A stretch of 64,000 nucleotides of DNA from Pseudoalteromonas sp. (lineage in GTDB: Bacteria > Pseudomonadota > Gammaproteobacteria > Enterobacterales > Alteromonadaceae). Below, in pieces: positions 10,672-18,689 of this stretch. Positions within the stretch are counted from its first letter, which is position 1. Each line of letters begins with the position of its first letter. The notes under the pieces were generated by a model. The model did no database searches. It worked only from the letters and a program-made list of their open reading frames with translations, and was not told the origin of the DNA. Location: positions 26,984-90,983 of the forward strand of contig NZ_JAGYIU010000002.1 in the NCBI RefSeq assembly GCF_018402495.1, written 5' to 3'. Both the position numbers and the translations under genes were made by a program.

Positions 10672-11280
10672 CTACTCATGGCTGACTAATCGCCTACCGC
10701 TAAACGCGTGCATAAGGGTCATTCCATCCACTAAATCAAGCTCACCACCCACAGGAATACCATGCGCAATACGAGATGCACCCACCTTATTTTTATGGCA
10801 AAGCTGGGCAATATAATGCGCCGTTGTTTCGCCTTCAACCGAAGGATTTGTGGCTAAAATGACTTCATTAATACCACCTTGCGCGAGTTTTTGCTCAAGT
10901 ACATCAAGGCCAATTTCTTTTGGTCCTATGCCATCAATGGGTGATAAGTGCCCCATTAATACAAAGTAAAGCCCTTGGTATTGGCCTGTTTGCTCAATTG
11001 CCAATACATCAGTGGGCGATTCAACAACGCATAAAATACCACTGTCTTGGCGTTTTGTACTCAAGCAAATATCACACTGCGCTTGCTCGGTAAATGTACG
11101 GCACGATTGGCAATGACCAACTGCTGCCATTGCTTTAATGAGTGCATTACCAAGTTGAGCACCACCTTTACGATCGCGCTCTAACAAATGAAACGCAATA
11201 CGCTGAGCAGACTTCGGACCAATGCCCGGCTGACAACGAAGTGCTTCTATCAGCGATGTTAAACTATCTGAAAGTTGCAT
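10672..11280 (-). CDS. recR: recombination protein RecR
   Basis: 202 aa. Contains a helix-hairpin-helix ([17 protein letters not shown]-like), a C4 zinc finger (CQSC...CDIC) and a Toprim region. Confidence 0.95.
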   Translation of the reverse strand: MQLSDSLTSLIEALRCQPGIGPKSAQRIAFHLLERDRKGGAQLGNALIKAMAAVGHCQSCRTFTEQAQCDICLSTKRQDSGILCVVESPTDVLAIEQTGQYQGLYFVLMGHLSPIDGIGPKEIGLDVLEQKLAQGGINEVILATNPSVEGETTAHYIAQLCHKNKVGASRIAHGIPVGGELDLVDGMTLMHAFSGRRLVSHE

Positions 11281-11286
11281 AGTTGC

Positions 11287-11613
11287 TTAGAACGGCATTT
11301 TCATACCAGGTGGTAATTGCATACCGCCTGTCACTTTACTCATACGTTCTTGCGTTTCATCGGCAACACGGCGAACAGCATCGTTACAAGCTGCTGCAAG
11401 TAAATCTTCAATCATGTCTTTATCGTCTTCCATTAAGCTTTCATCAAGCTCAACTCGGCGCACGTTATGATTACCAAGCATGGTTACTTTAACTAAACCG
11501 GCACCCGCTTCACCTACAACCTCCATCGTTGCGATTTCTTCTTGGGCTTTTTGCATGCGCTCTTGCATTTGTTGCGCTTGCTTCATCATGTTACCCATTC
11601 CACCTTTAAACAT
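11287..11613 (-). CDS. ybaB: nucleoid-associated protein YbaB/EbfC
   Basis: 108 aa. [26 protein letters not shown]... is typical of YbaB. The position between dnaX and recR is conserved. Confidence 0.95.
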   Translation of the reverse strand: MFKGGMGNMMKQAQQMQERMQKAQEEIATMEVVGEAGAGLVKVTMLGNHNVRRVELDESLMEDDKDMIEDLLAAACNDAVRRVADETQERMSKVTGGMQLPPGMKMPF

Positions 11614-11673
11614 AATCGTCTCTCTTTCTTTTAATACATTAACTGAAGTATAAATAGGGGCACTGATAGTTAA

Positions 11674-14007
11674 TTACAATGCCTGGATACTGTTTTCGTC
11701 AATTTCAGCGCTAAATAGCCGTTGAAATTGTACTACATTTTCATCACGTGTGATCACATCAATCGCTTGCTGGTGACGACCGGCATCAATTTTTTGTTGA
11801 ATCAAATAAGGCGAGTCAATTACCCCACTGGCAAAGTCGATATTTAGCTCAACGTTATGGCCATAAATAGTCGATAACGCTACATTTAACTTTTGGCGCA
11901 GCATAGGCGTATCTAAGTGCTTTTGCGATTCATCCACTTCAATATGAAAATGATTATCTTGCTTGGTAAAAATTGAATGTAAGGCAAACTGGCGCATACG
12001 CCCGCCAAGCCCCATCCGTTTTATTAAGTAAGCCCACTCATCTTGTTGATGGGCAAATCTAATTTCACTGATTGGACTTTGAAAATCATCAGGCACAGGA
12101 ATACTGGGCGCTTGTTCAACAACAGGAGCTGGTTTTTGCGGATTAATTTGCTCTAATAGCTCAGGCGCTAAATGTTCAGTAATTGTTTGGTGCTTAGCTT
12201 TAAAGTCAATGTTACTCGCTGGTTTTGTTGCAACTTGAGCTTGGCTCCCTTGCGTTGGGAGCAGGGGCTTTTTTAGTAACTCATCATCCCCTTCACTCTC
12301 CCAAGGAGGCCGCTCCTTTGCTGCAGTATGACTTGTATTGCTAATCGATTTACCAATTGGCTTAGCAGGATTAGATTTTGGTGCTCTAGGTTTTTCTGTT
12401 GCTGCGCCTGATAGTTTACCCGCACCGGAAATATTTCTATCACGTAAAATACGCGCTATCGCAGACTGTGCCCGCGCTTCTTGCTCACCCATTGTTGGCG
12501 CTGAACTCTCAGTGCTACTAGGTACGTTTGATAGTTCAGGATTAAACCCTTGGTCAAGCGCGCTACTCATTACATCATCGTATTGCGCTGCAATGGTTTG
12601 TTCTACATCGCTGTACTGCATGTAGGCATCATCTTCACTTAGACGCTGCGCTTGCTCAGTACTCACTGACGGTGTACCAGTCACATGAGGCTGACTTGGT
12701 ATTGAATTTTGTTCAGTGTGAGTGGCACTATTATCTGGTTGTGAAACCTCTGGTTCAGCGGCCTCTATTGACTGTGCATTCTCTATTAATGGCTGACTTT
12801 CAGCGTTATTACTCTGCGCTGGTTTATTTTTATTTAAAATCTCACGTAATGCATTGGTACGCTTTGCGGTATTTTGCTCTGGAGCAGGTTGCGAGCTAGG
12901 TGCTGAATGCGTCGTTTGTGACTGCTCAGGTTGAAATGCTAACAATCGTAGCATAATCATCTCAAACCCTAAGCGTGGCTCAGGCGCCCACTGTAAGTCT
13001 TTTTTGCCGTTAAGTAATAACTGATAATACACCTGAATTTGCTGAGCATGAGTGTGCGCAGCAACATGCTTAATGTAGTCAGCATTATTGCTATCAAGCG
13101 CTGCCGCTTCAGGCACCAACTGGCTTAATTGAATAATATGCGTAAGTGCGATTAGGTCGTCAAGCAGTGCAATATAATTAGGATTCCTGCTCGCTACTTG
13201 GGCAACTTCGGCCATTAAGGCGCCACCATCTTGTGCAAGCAACGCGGCGAGTAAACTCTGGCTATAATGGGTATCCATTAAACCAAGCATGGCTTGAACA
13301 GCTTGATTATTAATATCGCCATTTGTTTGGGCTATAGCCTGATCGGTCAGGCTTAAAGCATCTCGCATACTGCCATCAGCGGCTTTGGCAATTATACTTA
13401 AGGCATCATTGTCATAACTGAGCTGCTCTTGCGTAAGTACATGCTCAAGCTGATGTTTAATTTCAGCTTGCGATAGCGCATTTAAATTAAACTGTAAGCA
13501 GCGCGATAAAATAGTTACCGGTAATTTTTGCGGATCCGTGGTCGCTAATAAAAACTTTACATGCTCAGGTGGCTCCTCGAGCGTTTTTAATAAGGCATTA
13601 AAGCTATGTTTTGACAACATGTGTACTTCATCGATTAAGTACACTTTATAACGTCCGCGCGTTGGCGCATATTGAACGTTGTCAAGAATTTCGCGCGTAT
13701 CTTCAACTTTTGTTCGTGAAGCCGCATCTATTTCGAGTAAATCAATGTAGCGCCCTGCTTCTATATCAACACAGCTACTACATTGACCACATGGTGTGGC
13801 TGATATACCTTCATCACAATTTAAGCTTTTTGCAAAAATGCGCGCAATGGTTGTTTTACCAACACCACGGGTTCCAGTGAATAAATAAGCGTGATGCAGT
13901 CTATTTTGAGTCAGCGCGTTTACCAGCGCTTGTTTTACATGAGACTGCCCAACCAATTCATGAAAGGTTTGAGGACGCCATTTTCTCGCTAGAACCTGAT
14001 AACTCAT
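11674..14007 (-). CDS. dnaX: DNA polymerase III subunits tau/gamma
   Basis: MSYQVLARKWRPQTFHELVGQ... with Walker A GTRGVGKTT and a zinc module. I place the start at the ATG at 14007 (E. coli-like MSYQVLARKWRP) rather than the TTG at 14010 used by the ORF track. There is a long Q/S/P/A-rich linker before the C-terminal domain. Confidence 0.95.
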   Translation of the reverse strand: MSYQVLARKWRPQTFHELVGQSHVKQALVNALTQNRLHHAYLFTGTRGVGKTTIARIFAKSLNCDEGISATPCGQCSSCVDIEAGRYIDLLEIDAASRTKVEDTREILDNVQYAPTRGRYKVYLIDEVHMLSKHSFNALLKTLEEPPEHVKFLLATTDPQKLPVTILSRCLQFNLNALSQAEIKHQLEHVLTQEQLSYDNDALSIIAKAADGSMRDALSLTDQAIAQTNGDINNQAVQAMLGLMDTHYSQSLLAALLAQDGGALMAEVAQVASRNPNYIALLDDLIALTHIIQLSQLVPEAAALDSNNADYIKHVAAHTHAQQIQVYYQLLLNGKKDLQWAPEPRLGFEMIMLRLLAFQPEQSQTTHSAPSSQPAPEQNTAKRTNALREILNKNKPAQSNNAESQPLIENAQSIEAAEPEVSQPDNSATHTEQNSIPSQPHVTGTPSVSTEQAQRLSEDDAYMQYSDVEQTIAAQYDDVMSSALDQGFNPELSNVPSSTESSAPTMGEQEARAQSAIARILRDRNISGAGKLSGAATEKPRAPKSNPAKPIGKSISNTSHTAAKERPPWESEGDDELLKKPLLPTQGSQAQVATKPASNIDFKAKHQTITEHLAPELLEQINPQKPAPVVEQAPSIPVPDDFQSPISEIRFAHQQDEWAYLIKRMGLGGRMRQFALHSIFTKQDNHFHIEVDESQKHLDTPMLRQKLNVALSTIYGHNVELNIDFASGVIDSPYLIQQKIDAGRHQQAIDVITRDENVVQFQRLFSAEIDENSIQAL
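12244..12274 (-). other. candidate programmed -1 ribosomal frameshift site in dnaX (slippery heptamer plus hairpin)
   Basis: The minus strand reads cta AAA AAG ccc, so A AAA AAG lies in the zero frame at 12268-12274. Five nt later comes the hairpin GCTCCC-aacgcaa-GGGAGC (12244-12262). The -1 frame reaches TAA after 18 codons. Confidence 0.4.
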
Positions 14008-14010
14008 CAA

Positions 14011-14556
14011 TTATTCGCCTTCAAATTCAACCAATTTTAGGATTTTAATACCCATTTTTTCAACACGCTGCTCACCACCTAGTTCAGGTAACGATACGAC
14101 GAATGCTGCATCTGTAGCGTGGCCACCTAACTTGGCAACCAGCTTTGCTGTTGCTTCGATTGTACCACCGGTGGCCAACAAATCGTCAACAAGCAACACT
14201 TTATCTCCCGCTACAATAGCATCTGAGTGTAGCTCTAGAGTGTCTTCACCATATTCGAGTTGGTAATCTTGGCGAATAACTTCGCGCGGCAATTTACCTG
14301 GTTTACGAACTGGAATAAAAGGAACACCTAAGGCATAAGATAGTGGCGCACCAAAAATAAAACCACGCGATTCTGTGCCAATAATTTTAGTAAAACCTTG
14401 ATCTTTATAAGCGTTAATAAATGCGTCTATGGTTGCTTGAAACGCTGCAGGGTTAGCCATTAGGGTTGTTACATCGCGAAACATAATGCCCGCTTTAGGG
14501 TAATCAGCAATTGTAGTAATGCTGTTTTTGATAATTGCTGGTGTTACTTGAGTCAT
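14011..14556 (-). CDS. apt: adenine phosphoribosyltransferase
   Basis: 181 aa. Contains the PRPP-binding motif [13 protein letters not shown] and an Apt-like N-terminus. Confidence 0.95.
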   Translation of the reverse strand: MTQVTPAIIKNSITTIADYPKAGIMFRDVTTLMANPAAFQATIDAFINAYKDQGFTKIIGTESRGFIFGAPLSYALGVPFIPVRKPGKLPREVIRQDYQLEYGEDTLELHSDAIVAGDKVLLVDDLLATGGTIEATAKLVAKLGGHATDAAFVVSLPELGGEQRVEKMGIKILKLVEFEGE

Positions 14557-14710
14557 AATTTTAACTGCTCAATGATTTATATTACAAAGCAGCAGATTAT
14601 AACCTTAAGTAGGTCTAAATTGCGAGTTCGGGATGATTAAAAACGTGGAACAAAAAAATCGTGTATAAGATGTAGGACTGAAGAAAAAACAACAGTCCTA
14701 AAAAACTAAA

Positions 14711-14833
14711 TTAAGCTAATTTAGCAATCCAACCTAGTATTGCATTCAAACAGCCTATTCCAGCAAATAAAGCTAAAAATGCAAAAAAATAAGCCGCATT
14801 AAACGGATCTTTGAACTCTTTATCGTTTGACAT
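14711..14833 (-). CDS. possible 40-aa single-TM mini-protein (not in the ORF track)
   Basis: My own translation is MSNDKEFKDPFNAAYFFAFLALFAGIGCLNAILGWIAKLA. There is a weak AAGG about 10 nt upstream. It lies 72 nt downstream of the DUF2063 gene on the same strand. Confidence 0.25.
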   Translation of the reverse strand: MSNDKEFKDPFNAAYFFAFLALFAGIGCLNAILGWIAKLA

Positions 14834-14905
14834 GGGTACAACCTTTTATTAAGCACAACAAATAAAGGCGCTATAATAGACGATGTGAAATAATCAATAA
14901 AGGGC

Positions 14906-15658
14906 TTAATCTTGATTTTTTGTCACGATAATTTGGCGCTCTGCCATGGCTGTGAGAGTACTTAATGCCCCTTGAGTTATTTGTTCAAAACTAAATTGTG
15001 GCGCCTGTTCGCTAACCTGCTGACAAATATACTCGAATGTACTCCCTGCATTATTGTCAATAATAGACAACAGCAACGCAGTCATCGCGTTGGTTGTTAA
15101 AAATTGCACCTCATCGTCTTGATCCCTGTACACAACAAAATAATGGGGTTCCTCTGAGGGCTGTTGCGGTTGAAACGTTTCGCTAATATGTTGCACGGGG
15201 TAATCATAGCTTAAGTTACGTGCCGTTTTTGATAAATAGATAGAGGATTGAGTAAGCTTATTAGCAGTCAGCGGGATCTGTTGAGGATCGGCCTGAATAA
15301 CGGAAATATCAAGTTCAATCCATTCATAATGGGCCAAGGCTAACATAAATAGAGGATCAAAATCTTTGGGCACATAGCTTGTGGCTAAATAGGTAACAAA
15401 CTCTTCGGCAATGTCTAAAAAATAAGGGGATTGACAATCATGTTCGCTGAAAAATTCACGAACCAATTGCTGCCACTGTTGATCATTATATAGCGTTTTT
15501 AAAACTGGAAATGCCGATGAGACAAACCCGTTTATATTATTAAAAAAGAGCTCCCGATAAATAGCCATGCGTCTATCTTCAACATCTGCTGGACAAGGGG
15601 CCCTGTTGGGCTGGCGAATATGAGCAATAAACTCATTTTGAATATCGGAAAATCTCAT
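14906..15658 (-). CDS. DUF2063-family protein (MbnC/HvfC/BufC-like RiPP maturation partner)
   Basis: 250 aa. The N-terminus MRFSDIQNEFIAHIRQP...RRMAIYRELFFNNINGFV is typical of DUF2063. It lies immediately downstream of a DUF692 gene. Confidence 0.8.
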   Translation of the reverse strand: MRFSDIQNEFIAHIRQPNRAPCPADVEDRRMAIYRELFFNNINGFVSSAFPVLKTLYNDQQWQQLVREFFSEHDCQSPYFLDIAEEFVTYLATSYVPKDFDPLFMLALAHYEWIELDISVIQADPQQIPLTANKLTQSSIYLSKTARNLSYDYPVQHISETFQPQQPSEEPHYFVVYRDQDDEVQFLTTNAMTALLLSIIDNNAGSTFEYICQQVSEQAPQFSFEQITQGALSTLTAMAERQIIVTKNQD

Positions 15659-15712
15659 AGTTTATACTCTTTTAAAACCATACTGTTGTTATTACTAGCT
15701 GCATAGGACTGT

Positions 15713-16570
15713 TTAAGCACTTTGCTCAGTGGATAACCGCTGCAGGTGCTTTGCTTGTAATTGATGAATTATATCCAGCTCTTTAGTTAATACATTAATA
15801 GGAGGAATATTGAAATCTCGCTCTAACAGCGTCGGAAATACACCATGCCTTTGATAAGCGCTATCGAGCAACTGCCATACAGGATCAATAACATCGGCAC
15901 CGTGAGTATCTATAATCAAGTCATCGGCTTCGTTGTAATGCCCTGCAACATGGGCATAAGCAATTCGGTTAGTTGGCAATGCAGCTAAAAAGGCATGTGC
16001 ATCGTAGCCATGATTAACTGAATTAACATAAATATTATTTACATCTAGTAGTAACTGGCAATCAGCATCTTTTAAAACAGCATTCGTGAACTCAAGCTCA
16101 GATAATTGCTGACCAGGTGCACCATAATAAGACACATTTTCCAGCACCAGTGGTCGCTCTAAAATATCTTGAACTTGTTTAACCCGAGAAACAACATGCT
16201 TAACCGCATCTTCAGTGAAAGGAATAGGCATTAAATCATACATGTGCCCTTTACCTGAGCAGTAGCTTAAATGTTCGCTATAGACTTTAATATCGTGGTT
16301 ATCAAAGAAAGATTTTAACGACTTTATAAATTCAATATCGAGCGGCTCAGGCGAGCCAATAGAAAGGGATAAACCATGGCAAACAAAATGATTATTATTA
16401 GTTAATTGCTTAAACTGCTTTTCAAAACGCCCACCTAACTTTAGCCAGTTTTCTGGTGCAACTTCCATAAACTCAATTTGTTTTGGGGTGTTAGCTACAA
16501 GCTCATGGAGCATTTCTCTTCGTAAGCCTAAACCAACCATGCCAAACTTAGGCGTTTGAATATAAGCCAT
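15713..16570 (-). CDS. DUF692/UPF0276 family enzyme (MNIO, MbnB-like RiPP maturase)
   Basis: 285 aa. Contains TIM-barrel type motifs GLGLRRE, HGLSLSIGS, SEHLSY, LENVSYY, LLDVNNIYVN, HVAGH and LLERD, characteristic of DUF692. Confidence 0.85.
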   Translation of the reverse strand: MAYIQTPKFGMVGLGLRREMLHELVANTPKQIEFMEVAPENWLKLGGRFEKQFKQLTNNNHFVCHGLSLSIGSPEPLDIEFIKSLKSFFDNHDIKVYSEHLSYCSGKGHMYDLMPIPFTEDAVKHVVSRVKQVQDILERPLVLENVSYYGAPGQQLSELEFTNAVLKDADCQLLLDVNNIYVNSVNHGYDAHAFLAALPTNRIAYAHVAGHYNEADDLIIDTHGADVIDPVWQLLDSAYQRHGVFPTLLERDFNIPPINVLTKELDIIHQLQAKHLQRLSTEQSA

Positions 16571-16585
16571 AATAAAACCTCTCGA

Positions 16586-16610
16586 TAAATAAAAAGGACC
16601 AGATTGGCCC
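16586..16610 (-). terminator. weak intrinsic terminator/attenuator between precursor and maturase genes
   Basis: The minus strand reads GGGCCA-atc-TGGTCC followed by TTTTTATTTAT. It lies in the 68-nt gap after the precursor stop and before the GAGAGG RBS of the DUF692 gene. Confidence 0.4.
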
Positions 16611-16638
16611 TACAGCTTAACTTATTTAAAAGAAAAGT

Positions 16639-17121
16639 TTAGTGGTGACCACCACATTTGCCTTCGCCGCATTTCCCTTCTTTTTCGGTCTTTTCATTGC
16701 CTTTAGTCATTGCGCCGCCACATTTACCTTCCTTTTTGGCCTTTTCATTGCCTTTAGCCATTGGGCCGCCACATTTACCTTCACCGCACTTACCTTCTTT
16801 TTTGGCCTTTTCATTACCTTTAGCCATTGCGCCGCCACATTTACCTTCACCGCACTTACCTTCTTTATTGGCCTTTTCATTACCTTTAGACATTGCGCCG
16901 CCACATTTACCTTCACCGCACTTACCTTCTTTTTTAGCTTTAGCGTCACCGCCACATTTGCCTTCGCCGCACTTGCCTTCACCAGCATCTAACTGATAAC
17001 CAGCTACCATTTGTTGAAACTCAAATGGATTAGCTTGTACACCAGTACTCGCCATACTTGCACTGCCAACAACGACTGCGCCTAATGTTAATGCAATTGA
17101 GTTTTTCTTTATTGTTTTCAT
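16639..17121 (-). CDS. secreted Cys-repeat RiPP precursor (EGKCG-repeat, HvfA/bufferin-like metallophore candidate)
   Basis: 160 aa. Sec-type signal MKTIKKNSIALTLGAVVVGSASMASTGVQA, then 11 EGKCG motifs containing all 11 Cys, and a C-terminal HH. It is the first gene of the DUF692-DUF2063 operon. Confidence 0.8.
   Translation of the reverse strand: MKTIKKNSIALTLGAVVVGSASMASTGVQANPFEFQQMVAGYQLDAGEGKCGEGKCGGDAKAKKEGKCGEGKCGGAMSKGNEKANKEGKCGEGKCGGAMAKGNEKAKKEGKCGEGKCGGPMAKGNEKAKKEGKCGGAMTKGNEKTEKEGKCGEGKCGGHH
16645..16983. repeat. 66-bp tandem coding repeats (22-aa modules EGKCGEGKCGGxMxKGNEKAxK)
   Basis: Near-identical 66-bp units are visible directly, for example ggccttttcattacctttagccattgcgccgccacatttaccttcaccgcacttaccttc. 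One module is shortened to a single EGKCG. Confidence 0.9.
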
Positions 17122-17308
17122 TTTTAATTACCTTTTAAACTTGTTGAACATCATTATACAAGTAGACCTGCATAAAGCTAAAAACTTTCAAATTATCTGT
17201 TTTTCAAAAATAAGTCACTAATCTTACTATGAGCCCTAATAAGCGTTTTATCAATTTATGATTTAAAGGTAAACTGACGCTCCTTTTAAGTAATCAATTA
17301 ACCACACT

Positions 17309-18289
17309 ATGAAACTTGTTTTAGCACCTATGGAAGGTGTCGTTGATTTTAAAATGCGCCAACTACTTACCAACATAGGTGGCTTTGATCTGTGTGTGAC
17401 TGAATTTATCCGTGTTGTCGATTCTTGCCTTCCAGATAAAGTATTCCACCGTTATTGCCCCGAGCTCAAAAACGCTGGGCTAACCCAATGCGGTACGCCA
17501 GTGCGAATTCAATTACTTGGCCAAGTAGCCGGCGTGCTTGCTGAGAATGCAGTAAAAGCTGTAGGGTTAGGTTCTCATGGTGTTGACTTAAACTTTGGCT
17601 GCCCAGCAAAAACAGTGAATAAAAGCAAAGGCGGCGCCGTTTTGCTCAAAGATCCAGAACATATGTACTCAATAATTAAAACGGTAAGAGACGCCGTAGA
17701 CAGTAAACACGAGGTAAGTGCTAAAATTCGCCTAGGTTTTGATGATGATAGCAATAGCCAAGAGATTGTCGATGCTGTTGTCAGTGCCGGTGCAAGCAGT
17801 ATCGCCATTCATGCGCGAACTAAACGCGATGGCTATAACCCGCCTGCCTACTGGGAAAAAATCCCTCCTTTAGTTAAAGATAAACAAATTGCGGTTGTTG
17901 CCAATGGCGAAATTTGGCAAGTAGAAGACGCCCTTTTATGCCAAAAACGCAGCGGTTGCACCAACTTAATGATTGGCCGTGGCGCCCTTTCACATCCTGA
18001 TTTAGCTCGAAAAATTAAAGCACACGTCAACAATGAAACGTATAGTGAGTTAACGTGGGAAAATATTTTGCACCATATCATTTACTCATCTATGCACCAA
18101 ACCGCCAGTAAAGATACTAAATACTTTGCTTCACGCACAAAACAGTGGCTGGGTTATTTAAAACGCCAGTACCCACAAGCAGGATTATTATTCGACGAAA
18201 TACGCCGTTTAAAAGCAAAAGATGAAGTGGCAGAGGTATTAAAAAAATATGCCAAAGCGCCACAATTTGATACAAATCATAACATCTAA
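17309..18289 (+). CDS. dusC: tRNA-dihydrouridine synthase C
   Basis: 326 aa. MKLVLAPMEGVVDFKMRQLLT... and LNFGCPAKTVNKSKGGA match the DusC family. Confidence 0.85.
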   Translation: MKLVLAPMEGVVDFKMRQLLTNIGGFDLCVTEFIRVVDSCLPDKVFHRYCPELKNAGLTQCGTPVRIQLLGQVAGVLAENAVKAVGLGSHGVDLNFGCPAKTVNKSKGGAVLLKDPEHMYSIIKTVRDAVDSKHEVSAKIRLGFDDDSNSQEIVDAVVSAGASSIAIHARTKRDGYNPPAYWEKIPPLVKDKQIAVVANGEIWQVEDALLCQKRSGCTNLMIGRGALSHPDLARKIKAHVNNETYSELTWENILHHIIYSSMHQTASKDTKYFASRTKQWLGYLKRQYPQAGLLFDEIRRLKAKDEVAEVLKKYAKAPQFDTNHNI

Positions 18290-18348
18290 AATAATCTAAC
18301 TAGATAATAGCAGTCTCACTGAGGATTAATTTAAGGGTTTTACTGCTA

Positions 18349-18675
18349 ATGCATCATCAGCAACGACTAAACGATGAGATAGAAAGTGTTAAAGCGACCA
18401 TACTAGGCCTGCTGTCACAATCTACTCACCCTACACATCAAAACTTGCTTTGTGTTCTGACCCAAACCGCTAATGAAGACTGGCTTGATATAGCAGCGCA
18501 GCAATTAGGCACCGAGTACAATCCGTTAATTGAACGAATGAACAAGCTTGAAGCAGCAATAAGCCAAATTGATATTGGCCAGTATGGTTATTGCTGTGAC
18601 TGTGAAGAAAAAATATCAGCGCAGCGATTAGAAAAAGACCCCGCCGCGCAGCGGTGTGAACAGTGCGCTAAATAA
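18349..18675 (+). CDS. DksA/TraR-family C4 zinc-finger protein
   Basis: 108 aa with a C-terminal CxxC-N17-CxxC (CDCEEKISAQRLEKDPAAQRCEQC). Confidence 0.75.
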   Translation: MHHQQRLNDEIESVKATILGLLSQSTHPTHQNLLCVLTQTANEDWLDIAAQQLGTEYNPLIERMNKLEAAISQIDIGQYGYCCDCEEKISAQRLEKDPAAQRCEQCAK

Positions 18676-18689
18676 TAGCGCACTAAAGT

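Noticed and set aside
12999-13005. A second AAAAAAG heptamer in dnaX, near the end of domain III where E. coli frameshifts
   Set aside because: The zero frame here is GGC AAA AAA GAC, so the heptamer is out of register for X XXY YYZ slippage. I saw no downstream hairpin.
16642-16996. Three long ORFs (16642-16992 +, 16658-16996 +, 16707-16988 -) overlapping the Cys-repeat precursor gene
   Set aside because: They are frame and strand shadows created by the 66-bp tandem repeats. Their products are low-complexity F/L/P-rich peptides. They have no RBS or signal logic. Only the minus-strand frame with the signal peptide and EGKCG motifs fits the operon.
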